A stretch of DNA of 64,000 nucleotides. Origin: Prevotella sp. Lineage in GTDB: Bacteria > Bacteroidota > Bacteroidia > Bacteroidales > Dysgonomonadaceae. A model generated the notes under the pieces. The model was given only the letters and a program-made list of their open reading frames with translations. It did not search any database and was not told where the DNA came from. This document shows positions 49,943 through 59,572 of the stretch, piece by piece. The DNA lies in contig JAITVV010000092.1 of NCBI GenBank assembly GCA_031285625.1, forward strand, positions 128,001 to 192,000. The letters run 5' to 3'. The translations under genes were made by a program, and so were the position numbers. Position 1 is the stretch's first letter; each line of letters starts with the position of its first letter.

Positions 49943-50560
49943 TTACAAAGATAAATGCCCTTTTAGCTTTATCCTCAATTTCTTTAAAGCTATACTCATT
50001 TGATTTTCAACAGTATTGACGGAGATACCAAAGCGTTCGGAAATCTCTCGGTATTTTAATCCTTCAATCCGGCTTAAAAGGAATATTTCACGACATTTGG
50101 GCGGTAAATTGTTTATTGCTTCGTTAACTATGTCTTCCATGCTTTTTTCGGACACGAACGAATCGTCAAATCTATCTAACGATTGTATTTTAAGATTCAT
50201 TTCTGCTTCGAATGAATTCTGAACAGTCTTGTTATATTTTTCAGTAGACAATCTGTATCTCAAATAGTCTACACATTTATTCTTCACCAACCGGAAAAGA
50301 TATGCATTAATATTCTCAATCAAACATATTGTATCTTGTCGCTCCCACACCCTTAGAAAAATATCCTGAACTATATTTTCAGCGTCTTCATTTATTCCTA
50401 CATACTCTTTAGCAAACCTAATAAGCTTAGGGTAATAATTGATATAAATATTTGAGAATTGGAGACTGACAGTATCAGGGATAATTTCTTCTTTTGTTCC
50501 TTCGTTTTGATTACAGGCACATAAAGATATATTTTTATAAAGAGGTTTATTATATAACAT
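49943..50560 (-). CDS. ECF sigma-70 factor (Bacteroidetes type)
   Basis: AENIVQDIFLRVWE, LPPKCREIFLLSR, YREISERFGISVNTVENQ. Confidence 0.9.
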   Translation of the reverse strand: MLYNKPLYKNISLCACNQNEGTKEEIIPDTVSLQFSNIYINYYPKLIRFAKEYVGINEDAENIVQDIFLRVWERQDTICLIENINAYLFRLVKNKCVDYLRYRLSTEKYNKTVQNSFEAEMNLKIQSLDRFDDSFVSEKSMEDIVNEAINNLPPKCREIFLLSRIEGLKYREISERFGISVNTVENQMSIALKKLRIKLKGHLSL

Positions 50561-50753
50561 GGTATAGTAGATTAGATGTGGTTACTCCTCAAAAATGTAT
50601 GGACAAAGATATATACACAAAATGCCTACTTCTTTTTCGAAGTAGGCATTTTGGTAAACGTTTTTCAAAACACAACCTACATAACACAATGATTACAAAT
50701 AAATTACCAAAAACACATAATTAGATTTTGGTAAATGATATTGAATCATTTTT

Positions 50754-52358
50754 TCAAGAAAAAGTACCTATTTTTCTTACTTCTTCTTCAAAATTTTCAC
50801 TTTCAATAGCCTTCCCTTTTACCTTACTTTTATAATTGTAGATAGTCTGCATAGAGTACCGGAGAAATACTGCTATCTGGTTCACATCGGTAATACCTAA
50901 ACGTATAAGGGCAAATATGCGAAGTTCTGTATTCAACTGCCCTTTTTCCAATTTATAACGTTCATCTTCTTTCAATAAAGCATTAAACTTTTCTACGAAA
51001 TCGGGATAAATCTTAAAAAATGCCTTATCAAATGTTTCATATAGTTCCTCTACATTCTTTTCCAGTCCGCGTGTAGATGATGTAAGTTTATACAGGTCAT
51101 CAATCTGGCCTGCTTTTATTTTTCTGTTTACATTTTTTCTATAATCATCCAGCTGATCGATATAGACAGCACACTGATTCATAAAGTATCCGATGTACTT
51201 CTCTTTTATAAGATTTGCTTCATCCAGACTTTTATTTACATCCGATAGCTGTTGATTCATAGTTTTCAGGCTCTTCCTTGCTCTGGATACAATCTTTATT
51301 TGCCTATAGATAAAATATAAGGCAATGATAAGGATAACAACAAACAAACTTGTAAGTACAGCATAAGTACGAAGGTTTTGTTTCTGTTGCTCTATTTTCT
51401 GAAGATATGTGTCTTCTATAATGGGCTGTACCCTGGCAATAATTGTATTACGAAACCTGGAATTATAAAAATTTGCATCATCCAAAGCAGCTTTGATATA
51501 TGTATATGCCCTGTCAACATCCCCTTTTTCATACAAATTGATAGCCAAAGCCAGTAATGCTTCATTTTCCTTAACGGCTAGCCTCGTATCTGTTATCGAG
51601 GCCAGAATAAGATATTTTTCTTCCTGTTCTGTATTTTTCAGATTTCCGTGAACTATAGCAAGACTCATGGCAGCCATGGCATAGCTATGCGTATAAGGCT
51701 CTTGTTGTGAAAATATATCTGCCAAAATCTTATAAGCTTCCTGATACCTTCGCTCATCCTGCAGTTTAAATGCTTCTTCTTTCAGATACATTTCAGAGCT
51801 CTTATCAAGGAAAGACATGATAGTATCCCTATAATGCCTCTCTTCTTCCAGATATTTAATTCTATATTTGGAATCGTCTGTATATTTTATAAGATTGCCA
51901 TAATATCTGATATAAGTCCAACAGTACATAAACTTCATATCCAGAGATAATCCTTCAAGCTTTATTGTATTCAATACTTCCAATGCTTCAGTAAATAGTC
52001 CGGAAAGAGATAATACAAATGAATACCTCAGACGGCTCTGACTGATAAGTTCCGGATTGCTCAATTTTTCTGAAATGATTATATTCTTGTTTATATATGT
52101 TATAGCCGAATCACATATAAACGATTCATATTCGGCAATAATACCTTCATTTATATGGTACTCTTCTTCCAGAGGAAGATTGTCTATCAGTTTGGATTTT
52201 AGTGTATTTATTTTTGAAATTTTTTCGGAAGCATATTGCGGGCGGTTGGATATAGTCTTATCCAATACTTTCAATAATGAATCTATTTCATTTCCAAAAC
52301 ATGTATTTATTGGGATGTATGTAAAACAAAATATAAGGAGTAGAACCTTTTTCATCAT
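50754..52358 (-). CDS. SusR-like (DUF6377) membrane-spanning regulator
   Basis: Periplasmic TPR-like region, TM helix, LNTELRIFALIRLGI...YSMQTIYNY. Confidence 0.85.
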   Translation of the reverse strand: MMKKVLLLIFCFTYIPINTCFGNEIDSLLKVLDKTISNRPQYASEKISKINTLKSKLIDNLPLEEEYHINEGIIAEYESFICDSAITYINKNIIISEKLSNPELISQSRLRYSFVLSLSGLFTEALEVLNTIKLEGLSLDMKFMYCWTYIRYYGNLIKYTDDSKYRIKYLEEERHYRDTIMSFLDKSSEMYLKEEAFKLQDERRYQEAYKILADIFSQQEPYTHSYAMAAMSLAIVHGNLKNTEQEEKYLILASITDTRLAVKENEALLALAINLYEKGDVDRAYTYIKAALDDANFYNSRFRNTIIARVQPIIEDTYLQKIEQQKQNLRTYAVLTSLFVVILIIALYFIYRQIKIVSRARKSLKTMNQQLSDVNKSLDEANLIKEKYIGYFMNQCAVYIDQLDDYRKNVNRKIKAGQIDDLYKLTSSTRGLEKNVEELYETFDKAFFKIYPDFVEKFNALLKEDERYKLEKGQLNTELRIFALIRLGITDVNQIAVFLRYSMQTIYNYKSKVKGKAIESENFEEEVRKIGTFS

Positions 52359-52384
52359 GCAAGTTTAGGATATTGTAAAAGATT

Positions 52385-52480
52385 TAGGTCTCAGACCTAT
52401 TTATTACTTTAATAGGTAAGCAACTATCAATCGTTATGATTTGAAAATGTATCATTAAATACTTATTACTAACATAAGCT
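52385..52480. repeat. AGGTC(T/A)CAGACCT-headed intergenic repeat; related copies near 52612 and 63046
   Basis: Palindromic head plus about 90 bp of similar AT-rich sequence shared with 63046-63135. Confidence 0.55.
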
Positions 52481-52574
52481 TCGTACAAACTTACATAATT
52501 AATAGGAGAAATAATATCTTATTATAAAAAAATGCACCACGCTTATCAGCATAAGTGAAGGTAAAAAATAGTAA

Positions 52575-52611
52575 ATCCGGCAAAGAGATTAATGTCTTCT
52601 TTGCCGGATTA
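52575..52611 (-). terminator. Hairpin terminator or attenuator after susD
   Basis: AATCCGGCAAAGA...TCTTTGCCGGATT. Confidence 0.65.
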
Positions 52612-52680
52612 AGGTCACAGACCTATTTCATTACTTTAGTTAGTAGAACAATTATCAGTTATGATTCGTATATACCAGTA

Positions 52681-54495
52681 TTACCAACCCGGATTCTGTG
52701 TAAGATTCGGATTTGACATCATTTCGATATAAGGGAATGGCCATAACAATAGTTTGTCATTCCAAGAGCCCTTATCTGCTACGTCATCATACATTACATC
52801 ATAATTACTCAAATCCCATGGATCAGCAGGACGTGGAGCATTCGGATTTTTAAATCCTGCAAGCCATGCAAAAGCTGTTCCCCAATAATCTCCAACTCCA
52901 TTGTCTGTGGTATCAAGAATAAAATTCTTATAGTCTCCCCAACGGATTAAATCTACATAACGGTCACAATCTTCCATACACAGTTCGAAACGACGTTCCG
53001 CCTTAATCCCGTAGGTAGCATTATTCATATCCAGAGAAGGAGCATTTGTAAGACCGGCACGATTACGTACTTTATTTAAAGCCTGTAGGCCCGTAATATT
53101 AGCAGTTCCTTCAGAACCTGATGAACATACTGCTTCTGCATATAAAAGTAATACATTGGCATAACGCATAAGAGGGAAATTGGTACGGTTACCACTTGCC
53201 TGACCCGAAGCATAGCGGCCTTCGTCAAGATCGTCAAGATGGTTATAATATTTCATCCGGAAATATCCCTGATTACTAAATAACCTGCCACTTGTCATAA
53301 CACCACGGGCAGCACTGTTTGCATAAGAAAAATCATTATATACTTCATAGTAGGTAGCCAAAGACATGCGACGGCGTACACTATTTCCATCATGCTTGCA
53401 AAAAGCAGTACCAAAGGCACGGGTAGGATTAATGAATCCCCAACCATCAGCTTGAGAGTTAGTACAATCACCCGGAGTAAATAGCTGGTCGTTACGCCAG
53501 CCTGTATATGCCCAAAACCAGTAAGGTTCGGTATTGGTAATAGTATTGTTATCACCATCAGTGTCTATCTCCAGTAGATATTCGTCGCAAAAGTCAGCCT
53601 CTGTACGGAAAAGTGTCAGATACTCATAACTTTCACTTCCATCAACCCATGTAGCAGACTTACTTTCTTTATACAGTGTAGTATTTGCTCCATAAGAGCT
53701 TGGGCCCATTGTTTTGGTTTTTGTCCAAAGGTCATATTTATTCGAATTAATAACTTTTGCCAGCCATACTTTAGCATTCTCATAATCATTCTGCCACATA
53801 TAGCCTTGCCCCTTAAAGGCATAACAAGCCTCAGCTGTCCAACGTCCACCGATTTGCCTTTGTCCGCCTAATCCGCTTTTGGATGGAAGATCAGCAGCAG
53901 CTTCATCAAATTGTTGCATTATCCATATCCAACTTTCTGCCGGAGTAGAGTTTCCTGGTGTAAACGAATGGTTAATTCCATCCAGAACATGATCAACTAA
54001 AGGCGCTGATCCCCATAGCTGAGTAAGACGCATCATAGCCCATGCCCGCCATGCTTTAGCCTCAGCAATCACTCGTTTTCTTTCCGGTGAGCCATCATTC
54101 AACTTATCTACGATCATATTACTTTTGTAAATGATATTATAAAAACGTTGATACATATCCTTATATGCATTGTTCTCCGAATCATCTACCATCTTCGCCA
54201 TCTTCTGATAGTCGCCACCATCACCCGAGCTAGAACCTCCAGGCCAGAAGTCTGCTGTTTTTACAGTAGTAGAAGCGATATAGTGAATCCCCCAATCTCC
54301 GGTAACAAGATTCTTAGCAGTAGCATATATTTCACCTACCAATTGAGTAGCAGTTGCATCATCAGCATTTGCATATGTTTCATCTACCGGAATCACCCCC
54401 AATTGTGGAATGTCAAGTTCATTATCATTACAGGAAACCAACATGATACCTGTAAACAAGCTGATTATGACTAGTGTTATAATATATTTTCTCAT
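52681..54495 (-). CDS. SusD/RagB family glycan-binding lipoprotein
   Basis: Lipobox LVSC; AEAKAWRA, LMRYANVLLLYAEA, LNKVRNRA, ERRFEL, DLIRWG, NPNLTQNPGW. Confidence 0.93.
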   Translation of the reverse strand: MRKYIITLVIISLFTGIMLVSCNDNELDIPQLGVIPVDETYANADDATATQLVGEIYATAKNLVTGDWGIHYIASTTVKTADFWPGGSSSGDGGDYQKMAKMVDDSENNAYKDMYQRFYNIIYKSNMIVDKLNDGSPERKRVIAEAKAWRAWAMMRLTQLWGSAPLVDHVLDGINHSFTPGNSTPAESWIWIMQQFDEAAADLPSKSGLGGQRQIGGRWTAEACYAFKGQGYMWQNDYENAKVWLAKVINSNKYDLWTKTKTMGPSSYGANTTLYKESKSATWVDGSESYEYLTLFRTEADFCDEYLLEIDTDGDNNTITNTEPYWFWAYTGWRNDQLFTPGDCTNSQADGWGFINPTRAFGTAFCKHDGNSVRRRMSLATYYEVYNDFSYANSAARGVMTSGRLFSNQGYFRMKYYNHLDDLDEGRYASGQASGNRTNFPLMRYANVLLLYAEAVCSSGSEGTANITGLQALNKVRNRAGLTNAPSLDMNNATYGIKAERRFELCMEDCDRYVDLIRWGDYKNFILDTTDNGVGDYWGTAFAWLAGFKNPNAPRPADPWDLSNYDVMYDDVADKGSWNDKLLLWPFPYIEMMSNPNLTQNPGW

Positions 54496-54512
54496 AATGT
54501 TATTGTTTTAGA

Positions 54513-57500
54513 TTAGAATGAAAGATTGAGCCCAAATGTTACAGTTTTCGGACTTGGATAATCTCCGTAATCCATACCCATTGCTCCGGTTTCACTTAGA
54601 GTGCCTTTCGTATTCGGAGGAGTCACACTTACAGACTCAGGATCCATACCCGGATATTTTGTAAAAGTGAAGAAGTTATCCAAAGAAGCAAAAACACGCA
54701 GTCTGGATATTTCAATCTTCCTTGTAAGTGAAGCCGGTATAGTATAGCCAAGTTGTAATTGTTTGATCTTGAAATATGAACCGCTCATAAGCTGTGCCGA
54801 TGATTTGGCAAACTTATCGTCAGTTGGATTCGGATGCGGATATTTTGCTCCCGGACCTTTCACATCCCACGAATCTGTCCAGAATTCTGCCAATTGATTA
54901 GCAGTTGCCGATCCACGCATACTAACCACCATTTTTCCACCTGAGCTACCGCTACCAAAAGCTGTAAAGTCAAATCCTTTGTAAGCTGCGGATATTGTTA
55001 GCCCATAATAAAACTTAGGTATAGCAGAACCTAAGAATACTTTATCAGATTCATTTATTTCACCTTCTCCTGTTTGATCTTTATATAGAGCTTTGCCAGT
55101 ATCAGGATCCGGACCCAGATATTCATAGCCATAATAGCTCCACACCGGTTGTCCTTTGTAGAAATAAACGAATCCATTAGAATATCCATCCTCAATAGGT
55201 TTCTGAACTTCATCCAGTTTTGTAACCTTATTATGCAAAGTTGCCAGATTAGCACTCACACTGTAAGAAAAATCATCTATTTTATCTTGCCAGCCCAGAT
55301 CAAATTCAAATCCTGCGTTATTTACTTTACCCACATTCTTCCACATCTCTGTAGTTCCTGTAGAAAGAGGAGGTGTTATTTTTACTAGCTGCCCAGTTGT
55401 ATTCTTATTATAATAATCGACAGTAAGAGTAAGACGATCATTCAGGAATCTGGCATCAATACCCGCATCTATTTGTTTAGATTCTTCCCAGTTCAACATA
55501 GGGTTTGTCAATGTATTAGACGGAGAGATTGTGTTTACAAGGCTTCCTCCGATAGGATAATAACCCGGAAGGTTCAAAGATGAACTCCACCGATACCCGC
55601 TAAGAACATTTACGTTACCATTTACCCCATATGAAGCACGTACTTTCAGGAAAGATAAAGTTTTAGGACTTATATTCTCCATAAATTTTTCATTACTAAC
55701 AGTCCATCCGGCAGATACAGAAGGGAAATATCCCCAGCGATTATCTTTTGATAGTTTAGAATTGTCAAAAGCATCTGCACGGAAATTAGCTTGTATCATA
55801 TAACGATTATCATATGCATAGCCTATACGTCCGAAGTAACTCATTTTCTTACTTTTACCTACTGATCCGCCTACACCATCATTAGCGCCGCTTGAAGAAT
55901 AGTCCAAATAATGGAAGTTTGGTGCACCATTTATAAATTCGTCTGTGGTACCTCTGGTATAGTTTCTCCAATTAGATGAATATGACATCCCAGCCATCGC
56001 ATATACATTATGCTTGTTGAAAGTCTTATTATAGTTTGCAAAGTTTTCCCATTCATAAAATCTTTCAGTAGCTGTTTCTGCTTCGTAGCTTAGCTTCGAG
56101 CGTGGAGAAATAGAGAAATACACAGGAACTCCATAATATTTATAATCTTCGGATCCTAAACGGTAGCCCAAACGGGTAGTAAATACAAAACCTTTGATCG
56201 GTTTGAAATTCAATGATGTTACCCCTCTGATATTAAAATCCTTATGTTTACTGTTCTGACTATAATACCATGTCATAGGATTTGTATTATCAGCATTGTA
56301 TTTAGGAACAGCAGCATAATCTCCGTTCTCATTTTTCATAAGCATATCATCACCTTTAGACGTAATCAGGTCTTTCATATATTGTGGCAAATTATCCTTA
56401 TCATAGAAAAGAGGAGTCAACGGATCATAGTAATAAGCAGAGTTAAATCCTTGTTTATTAATTCCATCCCCTACTCTTGAGTATTCTGAGTTTTCGATTG
56501 AATTATTCGAAGAGAATTCGAGCCACGGCTTAATATTATAAGTAGCGTTCAGTTGGAAAGAAAGACGATTTATATAATCTTTATCTCCATAGTACATACC
56601 ATCATTTTTCATATAAGATACTGATGAGTATAGAGTACCATTATCATTTCCTCCTTCAAAACCTACTGTATGACGCTGGAAAGAGCCATTATCTCCATAG
56701 AGAGCTTCGCTCCAATCTGTATCTGTAACGCCATCCCAGTCATTCACCAAAGAGTTACCGGCTGCCTTGTTATAGTCAACATATTGTTGAGCATTCATCA
56801 TTTTGGGCTTGCGGGCCAATGAAGTAATCCCGTAGTTAAAATCATAGAAGATTTTGCTTTCCCCTTTTGTTCCGCTTTTGGTTGTGATAAGTACCACTCC
56901 ATTACCGGCTTCTACTCCATAGATAGCTGCAGATGCACCATCTTTAAGTATCTCCATCGATTTTATGTTATTTGGATCCAGATAGGCAATATCTTTTACT
57001 TTAAGACCATCGACCACATAAAGAGGTTCTGAATTTCCTGAAGAGTTGGAGCTTATACCGCGTATACGAACAGCAGGACTGGTTCCCGGTGCGGATGAAC
57101 CACCCATGACTTGTACACCGGCTGCTTTTCCCTGAAGGGCTTGTTGTACGTTTTCAACAGAACGTGATCCAAGAGCATCTCCCTTTACCGAAGTTATGGC
57201 TCCTGTTACATCGCTTTTCTTTTGTACACCGTAACCAATCACGACTACATCATCTAGCATTTTTGTATCTTCTTCAAGAATAATGTGAAGAGATGTTTGA
57301 TTCCCTACAGATATAAGTTGAGGGCTAAATCCCAAAAGCGAGACTTTAATTTTTTGACTAGACGATACATTTTCCAATGTAAATGTACCATCATCTAAGG
57401 TTAGAGTTCCCTGGGTAGTTCCCTCGATCACCACAGTTGCTCCAATAATAGGTTCTCCCGTATTATCGACAACTGTTCCTGTCAGATTCCTCGTTTGCGC

Positions 57501-57581
57501 AACAGTCTGGCTGCCTGCAAACGGAATTGCAAGAATCATAATCAGTGTTATTAAAGTCAATTTCAATAAGCTTTGTTTCAT
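54513..57581 (-). CDS. SusC/RagA TonB-dependent transporter
   Basis: VVVIGYG, PLYVVDG, ILKDGASAAIYG, NGVVLITTK, FPSVSAGW, C-terminal aromatic residue. Confidence 0.95.
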   Translation of the reverse strand: MKQSLLKLTLITLIMILAIPFAGSQTVAQTRNLTGTVVDNTGEPIIGATVVIEGTTQGTLTLDDGTFTLENVSSSQKIKVSLLGFSPQLISVGNQTSLHIILEEDTKMLDDVVVIGYGVQKKSDVTGAITSVKGDALGSRSVENVQQALQGKAAGVQVMGGSSAPGTSPAVRIRGISSNSSGNSEPLYVVDGLKVKDIAYLDPNNIKSMEILKDGASAAIYGVEAGNGVVLITTKSGTKGESKIFYDFNYGITSLARKPKMMNAQQYVDYNKAAGNSLVNDWDGVTDTDWSEALYGDNGSFQRHTVGFEGGNDNGTLYSSVSYMKNDGMYYGDKDYINRLSFQLNATYNIKPWLEFSSNNSIENSEYSRVGDGINKQGFNSAYYYDPLTPLFYDKDNLPQYMKDLITSKGDDMLMKNENGDYAAVPKYNADNTNPMTWYYSQNSKHKDFNIRGVTSLNFKPIKGFVFTTRLGYRLGSEDYKYYGVPVYFSISPRSKLSYEAETATERFYEWENFANYNKTFNKHNVYAMAGMSYSSNWRNYTRGTTDEFINGAPNFHYLDYSSSGANDGVGGSVGKSKKMSYFGRIGYAYDNRYMIQANFRADAFDNSKLSKDNRWGYFPSVSAGWTVSNEKFMENISPKTLSFLKVRASYGVNGNVNVLSGYRWSSSLNLPGYYPIGGSLVNTISPSNTLTNPMLNWEESKQIDAGIDARFLNDRLTLTVDYYNKNTTGQLVKITPPLSTGTTEMWKNVGKVNNAGFEFDLGWQDKIDDFSYSVSANLATLHNKVTKLDEVQKPIEDGYSNGFVYFYKGQPVWSYYGYEYLGPDPDTGKALYKDQTGEGEINESDKVFLGSAIPKFYYGLTISAAYKGFDFTAFGSGSSGGKMVVSMRGSATANQLAEFWTDSWDVKGPGAKYPHPNPTDDKFAKSSAQLMSGSYFKIKQLQLGYTIPASLTRKIEISRLRVFASLDNFFTFTKYPGMDPESVSVTPPNTKGTLSETGAMGMDYGDYPSPKTVTFGLNLSF

Positions 57582-58259
57582 AATCTTAAAAAAATTAATA
57601 ATTTATTGTTTAGTAGTTCATTGTATCCGGCGTCTATCACTCTCTCGTCAACCGGATGAGGTCGTAGTATGGATTTCTTAGTTACATTCATAAAGATTTA
57701 TTGGTTAGTATTAGGTGAATTATTTCATAGCATAAGATATTTTAGTGTTATCATCTTATGAACGACTTAGGATTAAAATACCACTAAAACATTTTTCAAT
57801 TTCGTGAAAATAAGGGCTTAAAGAATTAAAAGGCCGGCTGATTAAATAAATAATCAATCGACCTGTATTTTAGAAGTTAATCTTACAATAACTTATTCTA
57901 TTTTAGCTTTTTGTAAAACTCTGTAAGTTTATCAACTGAATGATGCATCTTTGGATATAAAAGAGATCAGCTTAACAGTAAGACCCTCAAGAGCAGCAGC
58001 CTCTATTTTATGATGACCATCCAACAAACAGTTGGCAAATCCCCAATGTGATACAATTCCATCTTTAGGAGTTGTAAAACTTAGTCTCGATTGTGATTTT
58101 CTGACTTCGAGATGTTTGTGATCTATATTACTTTCCATATTCAATCTTATTTACCATACATTAAAAAAGTGACAAAAGTAACAACTTATACATATATTTT
58201 ATCTGTTACTTTTTCTTTCTGTCCCATTTATATTAGACAATCTTAATTATATATTCTTG

Positions 58260-58455
58260 TACTCCTAATGAGATTCGAACTCATATTCCCTTTCGGGCAG
58301 TACGGCTCTAAATACGCTTCCCTACTTTTCAGTTAAGAATTTCGGTGCATCTGTAAAATCTACCCATAACAACGCGCAGCTATTACGGGGCTATCCATAC
58401 ACTCTATGGTAAGTCTAAATTTTGCCACAGGCTTTTCCTTTTAAGCTATAGGAGC
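58260..58455 (-). ncRNA. tRNA-like RNA with a 117-nt structured insertion in the anticodon loop
   Basis: Acceptor GCUCCUA/UAGGAGU plus A, D-arm GCUU/AAGC, UGUGGC/GCCGUA stem, CCC-GAAA-GGG variable arm, T-arm AUGAG-UUCGAAU-CUCAU. Confidence 0.7.
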
Positions 58456-58462
58456 AAATTAT

Positions 58463-58613
58463 AAACGAGGTAACAGGCGAAAAGAGACTGTTTATCCTGC
58501 TCTACCACTGAGCTACACTCCCGTTAATTTGTATTACTGAGAGAGTGAGGGGACTCGAACCCCCGACCCGGGCATTAAAAGTGCGAAGTAACTCTAATCT
58601 ACGACACTCGTTT
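58463..58613 (-). ncRNA. yrlA: YrlA-type Y RNA: circularly permuted tRNA mimic
   Basis: AAACGAGUGUCGUAG...GUUACUUCG; GGGGG-UUCGAGU-CCCCU; CACUCUC/GGGAGUG closed acceptor; UAGCUCAGUGGUAGAGCA; CCUGUUACCUCGUUU. Confidence 0.85.
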
Positions 58614-58650
58614 TATGCTTTGTATATGAATGATCGCTTGTTTGATGATA

Positions 58651-58684
58651 CAAAGTAAAAGCACCGGAGCGCAGTGTTTTTGCG
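58651..58684 (-). promoter_or_regulatory. Promoter with CGCA-N7-TGCG box for the remote Y-RNA/tRNA-like pair
   Basis: CGCAGTGTTTTTGCG at 58670-58684; TTACTTTG on the minus strand at 58651-58658. Confidence 0.7.
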
Positions 58685-58877
58685 TACAGATATTTATTTG
58701 ATAAATAATTTTAGAAATAGTTATGATAAGACTAATAATCAACATTTTGTACAAAACATTATATAAATAGTGAGACAACTACAATTATCATATTTATAAA
58801 TTTCATATGAGTTGTTAATTAAAAATACAAAGATAATGTCTTACTTTGTGCCACATTAATAACACAACTAACTACAC

Positions 58878-59564
58878 ATGATAAGAATAACCATTTTATC
58901 GATCCTTCTCCTTGTAATATCCCAAAATATACAGGCACAATCTGAAACAATCACAGACAGTATCTACATAAAAGCAGATGAAATGCCTCAGTTTCCCGGT
59001 GGTGAAGAGGCTTTAGTCAGACATATATCATCCAATTTAAGCTATCCTCGAATAGCGATCGAGGCAGGCGTACAAGGCCGTGTGGTTGCACGCTTTGTTG
59101 TCGGGGCAACAGGTCTGGTCAGAGATATAGAAATTATGAGAAGTCTACACCCTGAATGCGACAAAGAAGTAATAAGGGTAATAAACCTGATACCACAATG
59201 GATACCTGGGAAAATGGATGACGAAAATGTCTCAGTCTACTTTACCTTACCTGTAATCTTCCGGCTACCGCATGATTATATAACAGATGATGAAAATGAT
59301 TCAACAGAGGAGTATGATTCAACTGAGGATATTATTTTGACCGAAAGTGAGTATGGACCAGCTGACTCAGCGGAAGAATTCATTTCGAATTTCGAGCGCT
59401 TTATGAATGAGATTTATTTATTACCCGATCCCGATAATTATGTAAATGACTTTAATACAATAAGTAAAGACTATATAAAATTTCAGGATCAACTCAACGA
59501 AGAGCAGGTTATGCAATTAGTAAAAATACTGGAAGATGCACAGAAACAGGAAAAAGAAAAGTAA
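58878..59564 (+). CDS. TonB C-terminal domain protein
   Basis: EMPQFPGG, LSYPRIA, GVQGRVVARFVV, WIPGK, FTLPVIF. Confidence 0.88.
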   Translation: MIRITILSILLLVISQNIQAQSETITDSIYIKADEMPQFPGGEEALVRHISSNLSYPRIAIEAGVQGRVVARFVVGATGLVRDIEIMRSLHPECDKEVIRVINLIPQWIPGKMDDENVSVYFTLPVIFRLPHDYITDDENDSTEEYDSTEDIILTESEYGPADSAEEFISNFERFMNEIYLLPDPDNYVNDFNTISKDYIKFQDQLNEEQVMQLVKILEDAQKQEKEK

Positions 59565-59572
59565 ATAGTTAT

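Noticed and set aside
58260-58455. tmRNA or group I intron
   Set aside because: Too short, has a true D-stem, lacks the G3-U70 Ala identity, and shows no tag ORF or recognisable group I core.
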